Assembly: GCA_963764165.1 (NCBI GenBank)
Contig: CAVXRD010000004.1
Span: 320,001-384,000, forward strand
DNA: 64,000 bases
Reading direction: 5' to 3'
Origin: an uncultured Verrucomicrobiae bacterium
GTDB taxonomy: Bacteria; Verrucomicrobiota; Verrucomicrobiia; Limisphaerales; Palsa-1400
Within the stretch, counting starts at the first letter, position 1; each line of letters begins with the position of its first letter. Under the pieces are notes generated by a model that made no database searches, was not told the DNA's origin, and saw only the letters and a program-made list of their open reading frames with translations. Below are positions 47,980 to 57,199 of this stretch, piece by piece. The translations under genes were made by a program, and so were the position numbers.

Positions 47980-50841
47980 ATGCGCGCATTTATTTCAGGT
48001 CAGCGGTGGATCAGCGAATCGGAGCCCGAACTCGGTTTGGGCACCGTCGTGGAGGCTGGCGAAGACCGTGTGCAAGTCGAGTTCAAAGCGGCTGGGGAAA
48101 CGCGCACTTACGCAGTGGAACAAGCGCCATTGAAGCGAGTCCGTTTTCGCGTCGGCGACACCATCAAATCACAAGCTGGCCAGGAATTCATTGTCAAGGA
48201 AGTCATCGAGCAGCAGGGTTTATTGACTTACGCCAACGGCGGTTCCCAATTGCCCGAATCGCAAGTGAGTGACCGCCTCAGTTTGCAGGGGCCGCAGGAC
48301 CGTTTGCTGGCGGGGCGCTTTGACGCTTCGTCCGCGTTTGCGCTGCGCCGCCGCACACTGGAACTGCTGCACCGTTCACGCAAATCTCCTGTGCGCGGTT
48401 TTGTGGGTGGCCGCATCGATCTGATTCCGCACCAGCTTTACATTGCGCAAGAGGTCACCCGCCGCCATGCCCCGCGCGTGATGCTTTCGGACGAAGTGGG
48501 GCTGGGGAAAACGATTGAGGCGTGCCTGATTTTGCATCGTCTGCTGCTGAGCGGGCGGTCTCATCGAGTCCTCGTCCTCGTGCCCGAATCGCTCGTCCAT
48601 CAGTGGTTTGTGGAGATGCTTCGCCGCTTCAACATCTGGCTGAATATTTTTGATGCGGAGCGCTGCGCATCCATCGAAGCCGGCGAACCGGGGGCCAATC
48701 CATTTCTCGACGATCAACTCGTGATCACGAGCGTTGGTTTTCTATCGGGCGATCCGCGCCGGGCGGAACTTGCCGTCGCGTCGGGCTGGGACGTTCTGGT
48801 GGTGGATGAAGCGCATCATCTTGAATGGAGCGAAGCGAATCCCAGCCGAGAATACCAGGTCGTTGAGCAACTCAGCCGCCATGCCGCGGGACTCTTGTTA
48901 TTGACGGCCACGCCTGAGCAGTTGGGAGTGGAAAGCCACTTTGCCCGTCTGCGACTTCTGGACCCGGATCGGTACCGCGACTTGGCAGCTTTTCAGGCCG
49001 AGTCGGAAGGTTACAAAACCACCGCCGAAATCGCCGAGAAGCTGCGGGGAAATGCCGCGACCACTCAAAAAGACATCGACGACTTGCGCCGCATGCTGAA
49101 GCACGATTCCCAGTTGGAGAAGAGACTCGCCGAATTGGAAAAGGGCAACGCGGAAGCCAGGCTCGCCTTAATGGAACAGCTCTTGGATTTGCACGGCCCG
49201 GGCCGGGTGTTGTTCCGCAACAGGCGCGCCGGGATGAAAGGTTTTCCCAAGCGCATGGCGCATTTGGCCAAATTGAGCCCCACGCAGGACGCGGAGCATT
49301 GGCTTGATCGCGTCTCCACCGAGTTTGCCGAGGACGCCGGGGACTTGCGCCTGCAATCCTTTCCCGACTTGGCGCGCGACCCGCGGGTTCTGTGGCTGGT
49401 GGAACTTCTGCGAAAACTGGACAGTCAAAAGATATTGCTCATCAGCCGCACGATTGAAAAAGTCGAAGCTCTCGATGCGGCCTTGCGCCGGCATCTGGCC
49501 GTCAAAACTGGCATCTTCCATGAAGGTCTCACCCTGGTGCAGCGGGATCGCAATGCGGCGTGGTTTGCCGAGCCTGACGGAGCGCGGGTCTTGCTCTGTT
49601 CGGAAATTGGAAGCGAAGGGCGCAATTTTCAATTCGCCCAGCACTTGATTCTATTTGACCTTCCGCTGAATCCAGAATTGCTGGAACAGCGCATCGGCCG
49701 TTTGGACCGAATCGGCCAGACTGCGGACATTCAAATCCACATTCCCTATCTCGCGCAAAGCCCGCAGGAAGTTTTGGCGCGCTGGTACCACGAAGGGTTG
49801 AACGCGTTTGAAAGCAATGTCGAAGGCGGCAATGAATTGCTGCGGCAGTTCGGGCGGGCCGTCCACGATTTGGCGCTGGAATTTCCAGTCGCCGACCACG
49901 AGGCCGCCCGCCATGAATTGGCGGACCTGTTGATGAAAACCAAAGTGGCTCGACAGGAAATGAAGCGTCGCCTTGAACTGGGGCGGGATCGTTTATTGGA
50001 AATGAACTCCTTCCGCCCGGCAACGGCGCAACGCATCATCGGCGAGATTCAACAACAAGACCGGCAGCCGGATTTGGAGAATTACATGCTCGGCATATTT
50101 GACCATTTCGGCGTGCAAGTCGAAGAACTCGCGCCCAGGACTTGGGGCCTGAATCCCGATGGCGTCGTCACTGAGTCCTTTCCCTCCATGCCCGCCGAAG
50201 GGATGATCGCCACCTGCGACCGTCATCGGGCCTTAAGCCGGGAAGACGTCGGATTCCTGACGTGGGACCATCCGATGGTCACCGGAGCGATGGATTTGGT
50301 GTTAGGCGCTGAAACAGGAAATTGCGCCTTCGCCGTGCTGCCCAGCGAGAAAGACCGGAGGATTTTGTTGGAATTGATCTTTGTCTTGGAAGCCATCGCG
50401 GCGCCGCATCTGCACGCCGATCGTTTTCTTCCACCGACGCCCATCAGGCTCGTTGTCAATCACAAGTCTTTGGACGTCACCCAGGATTTCAGCGGCGCAA
50501 ATTGGGACAGGAAACTGGAGAAGGGCGCGCCCTACAAACTTATTGATAATGCCGAAGTTGCCCGGCGAACTATCCCAGCCATGATCGAAGCTGCCGAGCA
50601 TTTTGCCGAATCCCAGGCGGCGCTTCTCCGCCAATCCGCCTTGCGCGTCATGAACGAATTGCTAGGCCACGAAGTGGAACGTCTGCAAGCATTGCGCCGA
50701 GTGAATGACCACATTCGTCCACAGGAAATCGAACTGGCGCAGGCCGAGCAGCAGGAGTTAACGGCGGCCCTGAAACAGTCCCGCGTACGGTTGGACGCCG
50801 TGCGCCTCATCTGGAATGGCCCAGCCGAGGCGCTGGAGTAA
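47980..50841 (+). CDS. rapA: RNA polymerase-associated protein RapA
   Basis: GQRWISESEPELGLG, DEVGLGKT, DEAHH, TATP, CSEIGSEGRNFQFA, EQRIGRLDRIGQ. Confidence 0.96.
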   Translation: MRAFISGQRWISESEPELGLGTVVEAGEDRVQVEFKAAGETRTYAVEQAPLKRVRFRVGDTIKSQAGQEFIVKEVIEQQGLLTYANGGSQLPESQVSDRLSLQGPQDRLLAGRFDASSAFALRRRTLELLHRSRKSPVRGFVGGRIDLIPHQLYIAQEVTRRHAPRVMLSDEVGLGKTIEACLILHRLLLSGRSHRVLVLVPESLVHQWFVEMLRRFNIWLNIFDAERCASIEAGEPGANPFLDDQLVITSVGFLSGDPRRAELAVASGWDVLVVDEAHHLEWSEANPSREYQVVEQLSRHAAGLLLLTATPEQLGVESHFARLRLLDPDRYRDLAAFQAESEGYKTTAEIAEKLRGNAATTQKDIDDLRRMLKHDSQLEKRLAELEKGNAEARLALMEQLLDLHGPGRVLFRNRRAGMKGFPKRMAHLAKLSPTQDAEHWLDRVSTEFAEDAGDLRLQSFPDLARDPRVLWLVELLRKLDSQKILLISRTIEKVEALDAALRRHLAVKTGIFHEGLTLVQRDRNAAWFAEPDGARVLLCSEIGSEGRNFQFAQHLILFDLPLNPELLEQRIGRLDRIGQTADIQIHIPYLAQSPQEVLARWYHEGLNAFESNVEGGNELLRQFGRAVHDLALEFPVADHEAARHELADLLMKTKVARQEMKRRLELGRDRLLEMNSFRPATAQRIIGEIQQQDRQPDLENYMLGIFDHFGVQVEELAPRTWGLNPDGVVTESFPSMPAEGMIATCDRHRALSREDVGFLTWDHPMVTGAMDLVLGAETGNCAFAVLPSEKDRRILLELIFVLEAIAAPHLHADRFLPPTPIRLVVNHKSLDVTQDFSGANWDRKLEKGAPYKLIDNAEVARRTIPAMIEAAEHFAESQAALLRQSALRVMNELLGHEVERLQALRRVNDHIRPQEIELAQAEQQELTAALKQSRVRLDAVRLIWNGPAEALE

Positions 50842-50998
50842 TTTTGCGGATATGAGCCTGACCCGGACGTGGGACAGATTCTTGGTCTCGCGTTGCCGCT
50901 AAGGCGCATCGGCGCCGGCCGGATTGCCCCGTCGCCTCAAGTTTCTGACCAATGCCAATTCATCCTAATCGGCGTCGGATTCCAAGTCTGCGATCCGT

Positions 50999-51601
50999 TT
51001 ACTCCTCCGATTCCGACTCTTTTTCTGGAGGGTCGGGCGGGAGAGTTTCGTGCGCGCGCGGGTTTTTTGCCCGTTTGTTGCGCGGAAGCGGGCTGATGAG
51101 GACGTTGATGTCGCGGTCCCCTATCATCTTGGGCGGCGCTTCAGCATGGCCGTAGGCGGCAACTTCGCCGACCAAGCGGTTCATGACTTGAAAGCCGATT
51201 TCCTTGTGCGCTTTTTGACGACCGCGAAAGCGAAGCTTCACGCGAACCTTCATGTCGTCGCACAGGAATTTGATCGCATGGTCTCGCTTAACGGCGAGAT
51301 CATGCGGATCAATATTCGGTGAAATTTGCAGCTCCTTCATCCTGTTTCCGGGATGGTGAGCTGTCTTGGTGCGCTTGGATTCGTCGTAGAGGAACTTGCC
51401 GAAATTGACGATCTGGCAAACCGGAGGGGTTGCCGTGGGGGCAATTTCGATCAGATCCATGTCCTTGGCGCGAGCCGCTTCAAGGGCCGCGGCCAAGGAC
51501 ATGACTCCAAGCTGCTGTTTCTTATCGTCGATGACGCGGACTTCGCGGGCGCGAATTTTCCCGTTGCGACGATACAAATCGCGTGGAGCGAAAGGAGGCA
51601 T
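50999..51601 (-). CDS. infC: translation initiation factor IF-3
   Basis: NGKIRAREVRVI, LIEIAPTATPPVC, NIDPHDL, LRFRGRQ. Confidence 0.93.
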   Translation of the reverse strand: MPPFAPRDLYRRNGKIRAREVRVIDDKKQQLGVMSLAAALEAARAKDMDLIEIAPTATPPVCQIVNFGKFLYDESKRTKTAHHPGNRMKELQISPNIDPHDLAVKRDHAIKFLCDDMKVRVKLRFRGRQKAHKEIGFQVMNRLVGEVAAYGHAEAPPKMIGDRDINVLISPLPRNKRAKNPRAHETLPPDPPEKESESEE

Positions 51602-51954
51602 TAATAGCGGCTGCGTCCACCGCCTTCACGGCCACCACCACCGCCACCGCCGCCATAGGAGCGGCGTTCGCCACCACCACCGCCGCCGCCAGTGCGGGGA
51701 CGATCTTCGCGGGGACGAGCGAGGTTAACGGTCAAGGGACGGCCATCAACGGCCTTGCCATTCATGGCTTCGATAGCCTTATTGGCTTCTTCCGGGGTGC
51801 TCATGGTCACGAAGCCGAAGCCGCGGGGGCGTCCGGTTGCGCGATCCATCATCAGGTTGGCTTCAGTGACAGTGCCGTGGGCGGCAAAAGCGTCATGAAG
51901 GTCATTCTCGGTCGTGTTGAAGGAAAGATTTCCAACAAACAATTTGTTACTCAT
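51601..51954 (-). CDS. RRM RNA-binding protein with a Gly-rich tail
   Basis: KLFVGNLSF (RNP2), RGFGFVTM (RNP1). Confidence 0.96.
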   Translation of the reverse strand: MSNKLFVGNLSFNTTENDLHDAFAAHGTVTEANLMMDRATGRPRGFGFVTMSTPEEANKAIEAMNGKAVDGRPLTVNLARPREDRPRTGGGGGGGERRSYGGGGGGGGREGGGRSRY

Positions 51955-52175
51955 TTTATTATCAACTGTCCTGGCTCACTGCTTTCCCAGACTGTTCCCG
52001 AACTGCCGGGTTTAAAATCATCACTGAACCAGGTTCACCTGAGGATTTACCATATCTCGAAAGTGACAAGCTATCGAACAGGCTGCGAGATTACTCCCGC
52101 GCCGGGCAATGTCAAAAGAAAAATCGACAAAATATTTTTCGGCTTTTTATGCCCTTCGGACCGACTGATGCCAGG

Positions 52176-53603
52176 CTATTGAGCAACGGCGCGGTAAAAG
52201 CGCTGCCTGTTTGCTGGCGGCTGGGGATCGGAAAAGTAAAATTCGCCACCACCCACCGCATTCGTTTGCACCGAATTCCAGTTTTGAAGGTCGGGGCTTG
52301 ATTGAACAACGACGGTGGCTCCTGGTGTGTTGGTGACATTGAATCCAAAAGTTCCGCTGGTGAACCCAAACGCCGAGTCAATAAGAATGGAAACAGCAGG
52401 CGGCACTACAGACAGCCGGAAAACGGTGCCGGCCTCCGATTTGCCGCCCTCAACCGTCGTGCCGTAAAAACTCCCGTCGCTTCCCTGTAGAAGCGGCGAC
52501 TCGGGCGACCATGCGTTGGTGCCGCCCATGCAGGAATAAAGTGGCGTGAACGCGCCATTTGCGGTGATCCGGAAGATCGTCCCATAATATTGGTACGCCC
52601 CCCCACCGGATGCCGTGCCGTAAAAATTTCCGTCGCTGGCTTGAATCAGCGCTGCCATCGGGCCGTTGCCGTCCAGCCCGTTCGTGAAACTGTACAGCGG
52701 CGTTAAGACGCCCGCGGCAGTGATTTTGAAAATGGCGCCCAGCGAATTTGTCCCGCCCACCCCCGTCGTTCCGTAAAAATTTCCGTCGCTTCCCTGGACG
52801 AGCGCGGATTGGGGGCACCCGCCGTCAACGCCGTTAGTGAAGTAATAAATATTTGTGAGCTCGCCGCTGGAGCTGATCTTGAACACAGTTCCGGCGCCGC
52901 CGTAGGCAGAGGCAGCATGCGGCCCGCCATATTGAGTTGTCCCGTAAAAATACCCATCGCTGCCCTGAATGAGGCTGGAATTGAAGTTGACGCCAGGATA
53001 CGTGCTCCCACCGGTGAATGAATACAAATTGGAGAATTCCCCGTTCGTGCTGACCATAAATATGGTGCCAAAGTTATTGCTTCCGCCGTATTTTGTGGTG
53101 CCGTATAATTTGCCATCGGCGGCTAGGATGACCCCGGTGGCGGGATATTGGCCATCAGGGCCGGAGAATGAATGGAGATAGGTCGGCGTGCCATTTGTTG
53201 TCATTTGAAATACCGTCCCCAGATTGCTCGCCCCGCCTTCTATGGTTGTGCCGTAAAAATTCCCGTCGATTCCTTTGACAAGCCCAGAGGGGGGCCCTTG
53301 GTCATCTGTATAACCGTTGAAGGAATAAAGATTTGTGAACTCGCCGCCAGGGCTGATTTTGAAGATGGTGCCACCTTCATAATAGGCTCCTCCGTTTTGT
53401 GTAGTGCCGTAAAAGTTGCCGTCGCTGTCTTGAACCAATCCAGTCTGCGTATTTCCGCCGTCCAAGCCACTGAAGGAATGGAGATTGGTGAAGACAACTT
53501 CCGCGTCAAGACTCATGATTCCACCGGCGGCGAGAGCAATGGTGAAAATCAGTGAGCGGCGGTGCAACACTCCACCTGAACTGCGATGTAACGAGGTTTT
53601 CAT
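52176..53603 (-). CDS. secreted tandem-repeat (choice-of-anchor/GloVer-like) protein
   Basis: About seven repeats of LxQGSDGNFYGTT...GTxFKI...TNLYSF; C-terminal QSSPDLQNW...RFYRAV. Confidence 0.88.
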   Translation of the reverse strand: MKTSLHRSSGGVLHRRSLIFTIALAAGGIMSLDAEVVFTNLHSFSGLDGGNTQTGLVQDSDGNFYGTTQNGGAYYEGGTIFKISPGGEFTNLYSFNGYTDDQGPPSGLVKGIDGNFYGTTIEGGASNLGTVFQMTTNGTPTYLHSFSGPDGQYPATGVILAADGKLYGTTKYGGSNNFGTIFMVSTNGEFSNLYSFTGGSTYPGVNFNSSLIQGSDGYFYGTTQYGGPHAASAYGGAGTVFKISSSGELTNIYYFTNGVDGGCPQSALVQGSDGNFYGTTGVGGTNSLGAIFKITAAGVLTPLYSFTNGLDGNGPMAALIQASDGNFYGTASGGGAYQYYGTIFRITANGAFTPLYSCMGGTNAWSPESPLLQGSDGSFYGTTVEGGKSEAGTVFRLSVVPPAVSILIDSAFGFTSGTFGFNVTNTPGATVVVQSSPDLQNWNSVQTNAVGGGEFYFSDPQPPANRQRFYRAVAQ

Positions 53604-53780
53604 ATTCTTGTGACGACTGACCAGCCCGGACCGGACGGGGCTATCCAATGCTCGTTTAACGACCGAAAATCAAGCGGTCTTTACATGGTAAGCTCTCGGT
53701 GGGCGGGGATAGAATTCTTCATCAGGCATCAGGAGCGGAAATCTTGCGCGCATGGCAAACGATTGGATGCAGATTGATAT

Positions 53781-53826
53781 ATAATCTCCAAAAATCGGTA
53801 ACAATAATCTCCAAAAATCGGTAACA
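53781..53826. repeat. perfect 23-bp tandem duplication
   Basis: ATAATCTCCAAAAATCGGTAACA twice. Confidence 0.95.
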
Positions 53827-54035
53827 TCCGCTACATTGTTGATTATAAAGCATTTAGACAGCTACAAAAGGTTCCTCGCCATTTTCGGTGGAATGAGACA
53901 ACTCGTTAGCCGTCGTTGCGGGACAACCCATTTGGAACCCAGGCTTGGTCTTGGCTTGGCCAAAGCTCGGTATAGTATATGATCTCGAAAAAGGGGCAAC
54001 ACCCGCTACACGGTTGACCATCAACGAGATAAGGG

Positions 54036-54227
54036 GCAACAAAATAGCAACAAACCCGCAACAGACCCGCAACATTTCTTCCCGCGCTGTCGGGTTGCAT
54101 GAAACGCGGCGTCTTTCCGTCGCTCACTGAAAATTTTCATCAAGATGCCCGCACCATCATTTGTTCCATTGAAAACAGCGAGGAACCCTACAAATGGGTA
54201 ACAAGCCGGTAACAAAAGGTAACATTT
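54036..54227. repeat. two phased G(C/T)AACA arrays
   Basis: GCAACA at 54036, 54047, 54058, 54069; GTAACA at 54198, 54209, 54219. Confidence 0.85.
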
Positions 54228-54399
54228 CGTGCCTCCCCGCTTGTTTTCGACTCGTCCGCTTCCAATAAAAACGGGCTGCCTCAGACCTTTTACAACAAGG
54301 AAACGAAGAGTTTTGTCGAACACCCAGCCCAGTTGAAGAATGAGTTGAGCCGTTGAATTGCTTTGAAAACCGCCATCAAATGTGGCACCTGCTCCGCCA

Positions 54400-54765
54400 A
54401 TGATAAGTGAACCGTTGCAAAAGGCCGCCGACGCGCTGGGCTTGGATCGTTATTCGTCTCACATCTTTCTGTGCGCAGACCCAACCGAGCCCAAGTGCTG
54501 CGCGAAGGAAATTGGGTTGGAATCGTGGGAATTTCTCAAGCGGCGGTTGAAGGAGCTGAATCTCGCAGGGCCCGAGCGGATCATCTTTCGCACGAAGGCC
54601 AATTGCCTTCGGGTGTGCGTCAATGGCCCGATTGCCGTCATTTATCCCGGCGGTGTGTGGTATCACTCGTGCACTTCAGCGGTTTTGGAGCGTGTTATTC
54701 AGGAGCACATTCTCGGCGGGCGCGTGGTGCGGGATTATTTGATCGCGGAAAATCCAGTTCTGTAA
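54400..54765 (+). CDS. thioredoxin-like [2Fe-2S] ferredoxin
   Basis: HIFLC...KCC...[22 protein letters not shown]; alternative GTG start at 54382. Confidence 0.9.
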   Translation: MISEPLQKAADALGLDRYSSHIFLCADPTEPKCCAKEIGLESWEFLKRRLKELNLAGPERIIFRTKANCLRVCVNGPIAVIYPGGVWYHSCTSAVLERVIQEHILGGRVVRDYLIAENPVL

Positions 54766-54839
54766 GCCGTAACAAACTTGTCACTGGAACTTCATTGGCT
54801 TTCGCTTGCCTCGGGCTACGCGAATCAGAATACTTCGAT

Positions 54840-56396
54840 ATGCGATTCTTGAAAACGATCTCTGCGATATTGGGTTTGGCCGCAGTTGGCCTTCCGGCGA
54901 TGGGCGCCGGGAACGGAAAACACGTCATCCTCATGGTTTGGGACGGCATGCGTTTTGATTACGCGACACCGGAAAATGCGCCGAACTTGTGCAAACTGGC
55001 CGAGGGTGGTGTCACATTTCTGCATCACCACCCCGTCTATATCAGCGTGACGGAAGTGAACGCGACGGCGATGGCCACCGGCGTTTATCCCGGACAAAGC
55101 GGAATTATCGGCAACAACGATTTCCGCCCGGGAATTGATCCGAACAAACCCATTGAATCCGATTCAGAGTCCGCCATCCGCAAAGGCGACTCGGATTTGC
55201 CGGAACATTTCATCGCTTATCCCACGGTGGCCGAAATTCTTCACGCCAACGGACTGCGCACCGCCATCACCGGCACCAAGCCGGTCGCGCTGCTGCATGA
55301 CCGCGCCGAGCGCGCTGATGGCGATCCGAACGGCGTGGTGTTCGCCGGCAACACCCTGCCCGCTTCGCTAAAAGAAAAACTCGAAGAAACCTTGGGCGAA
55401 TTTCCAAAAGCCGGATTGGACAAAATCAAATTGGACCAATGGACGCTTGGCGCCCTGACGAATGCGCTTTGGAAAGACAACCTGCCGGATTACTCGCTGC
55501 TGTGGATGGCGGAGCCGGATTTCTCCCAACACCGCGCCGGTCCAGGCTCGGCCGCCGCCTTGAAAGCCATCAAGGGCGACGATGACAATTTGGGCAAGCT
55601 TATTGAGGCCTTGAGGGCAAAAAATATGTATGACTCCACCGACATTATCATCGTCTCCGACCACGGTTTCTCGACCGTGCTGACGAATTGCGATGTCGCC
55701 AAGACGCTTGAAATGAACGGAATTCCCGCCTATCGCCGCGCCCCGCGGGACGGCCAAAAACCTGGCGACGTCATGGTGGTTGGAAATGCGGGTTCAGTCT
55801 TCTGTTACGTCAACGGTCACGACGCGAAACGCATCGAGCAAGTCGTCCATTGCTTGCAAGCGCAGGAATATGCGGGCGTTATTTTCAGCAGTGTTCCAGT
55901 TGAAGGCGCGTTTTCGCTGGCCGACGGCCATGTCGATACGACCCATCATCCGGACGTCATCATGGCCATGCGCTGGACGCCGGATATCAGCAAGACCGGC
56001 GCGCCAGTGATGATTTATTCCGACGGCACCAGCTACACGCCGGGACATGGAACGCACGGCACCTTGAGCATGACCGATATGCACAACATCTGTTTCGCCA
56101 GTGGGCCGGATTTCGCCAAGGGCATGAAAGATTCGCTGCCAAGCGGCAATATCGATGTGGCCCCCACCATTCTCTGGCTGCTTGGTGTTCAGCCGAAAGA
56201 AAAAATGACCGGCCGCGTCTTGTCCGAAGCGTTGACGATTCCCGCGCCGCCCATCGGCGAGGTGATCGAACAGCGCAAAGAATCGTCCTTCAAAGGAGAC
56301 GGTTTCACCTGGCGCCAATATCTTGACTGGTCTTCGGTCAACGGCGTGCAATACTTCGACCAGGGTGATGGGATGGTGGAAAAATCCAGCCATTGA
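54840..56396 (+). CDS. secreted alkaline phosphatase superfamily (nucleotide pyrophosphatase-like) protein
   Basis: Signal peptide; VWDGMR, SVTEVN, EPDFSQH, VSDHGF, THG, GNIDVAPT. Confidence 0.92.
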   Translation: MRFLKTISAILGLAAVGLPAMGAGNGKHVILMVWDGMRFDYATPENAPNLCKLAEGGVTFLHHHPVYISVTEVNATAMATGVYPGQSGIIGNNDFRPGIDPNKPIESDSESAIRKGDSDLPEHFIAYPTVAEILHANGLRTAITGTKPVALLHDRAERADGDPNGVVFAGNTLPASLKEKLEETLGEFPKAGLDKIKLDQWTLGALTNALWKDNLPDYSLLWMAEPDFSQHRAGPGSAAALKAIKGDDDNLGKLIEALRAKNMYDSTDIIIVSDHGFSTVLTNCDVAKTLEMNGIPAYRRAPRDGQKPGDVMVVGNAGSVFCYVNGHDAKRIEQVVHCLQAQEYAGVIFSSVPVEGAFSLADGHVDTTHHPDVIMAMRWTPDISKTGAPVMIYSDGTSYTPGHGTHGTLSMTDMHNICFASGPDFAKGMKDSLPSGNIDVAPTILWLLGVQPKEKMTGRVLSEALTIPAPPIGEVIEQRKESSFKGDGFTWRQYLDWSSVNGVQYFDQGDGMVEKSSH

Positions 56397-56477
56397 TCCG
56401 CACGGGCAAATATGCACCTATTTCGGCAAATTGCCTGGAGGCGGAATTCAGAGTTCCGTTTGCGGCAATTTGCTGGC

Positions 56478-56694
56478 CGCATCCCGGATGGGATGCAAGC
56501 TTGCAGCCGGTGGTTGAGCGAAGCGATGCCACCGGGAACACGCCCCACTTATCTGTATGCATCCTGAAGGGATGGCAGCCTCCCAGCCATTCTGCCTGGC
56601 TGTCACCCCGGCCGGGGTGAATCATTTCTATCTATGTAACCGGTGGCATCGCGTTGCTCCACCACCGGCTATAAGCTGCGATGCCTCCGGCATC
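56478..56694. repeat. composite palindromic (BIME-like) element
   Basis: GCATCCC..GGGATGC hairpins and inverted AGCCGGTGGT...GCGATGCCACCGG / CCGGTGGCATCGC...ACCACCGGCT arms. Confidence 0.75.
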
Positions 56695-56701
56695 TTGACT
56701 G

Positions 56702-57139
56702 ATGAACTCCGAGAATAAAACGGATGGCTTGCTGAAACCCTTCGCGGTGGTGGCAGCCGTCTCGCTGATTTTTTACTCGGTGGGATTCTCCTGGATTCAA
56801 CATCGCCGGACCGCCCGCGGCCCATGGCAGGTTGAATTCCAGGCCGGCGCAGGCGGCGCTCCATCGCTGGTGATTTCTCAAACGAACTTGAATGTTTTTG
56901 AAACAATCGTCTTTCCGACCAACAAGGTTTCCGCGCAGAATCTTCCGCGGACAGTTCGATTTGAGCCGAATGCGGCCGACATTCCGTTTGGGGAAGTGAA
57001 GTACCAGGATTCGATGTATCTCCCGGGAACGGTGACACTTGAGCTGTTTGGCCACGAGATTGAATTAATCCCGCGCGTTTTGAAAATCGACGCCCGGGAA
57101 TATTCATGGCAGTCTGGGGGAACGCTTGAAGTCCATTGA
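56702..57139 (+). CDS. membrane-anchored hypothetical protein
   Basis: N-terminal TM followed by a beta-rich domain. Confidence 0.75.
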   Translation: MNSENKTDGLLKPFAVVAAVSLIFYSVGFSWIQHRRTARGPWQVEFQAGAGGAPSLVISQTNLNVFETIVFPTNKVSAQNLPRTVRFEPNAADIPFGEVKYQDSMYLPGTVTLELFGHEIELIPRVLKIDAREYSWQSGGTLEVH

Positions 57140-57199
57140 GCAGGACGACGGTGTTTGACCTAAAGATTTCGGCCAAATTGCCGATGACAGAGCGGGACG

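Noticed and set aside
53781..54227. CRISPR array
   Set aside because: Repeats are adjacent or 11-bp phased without unique spacers; no cas genes
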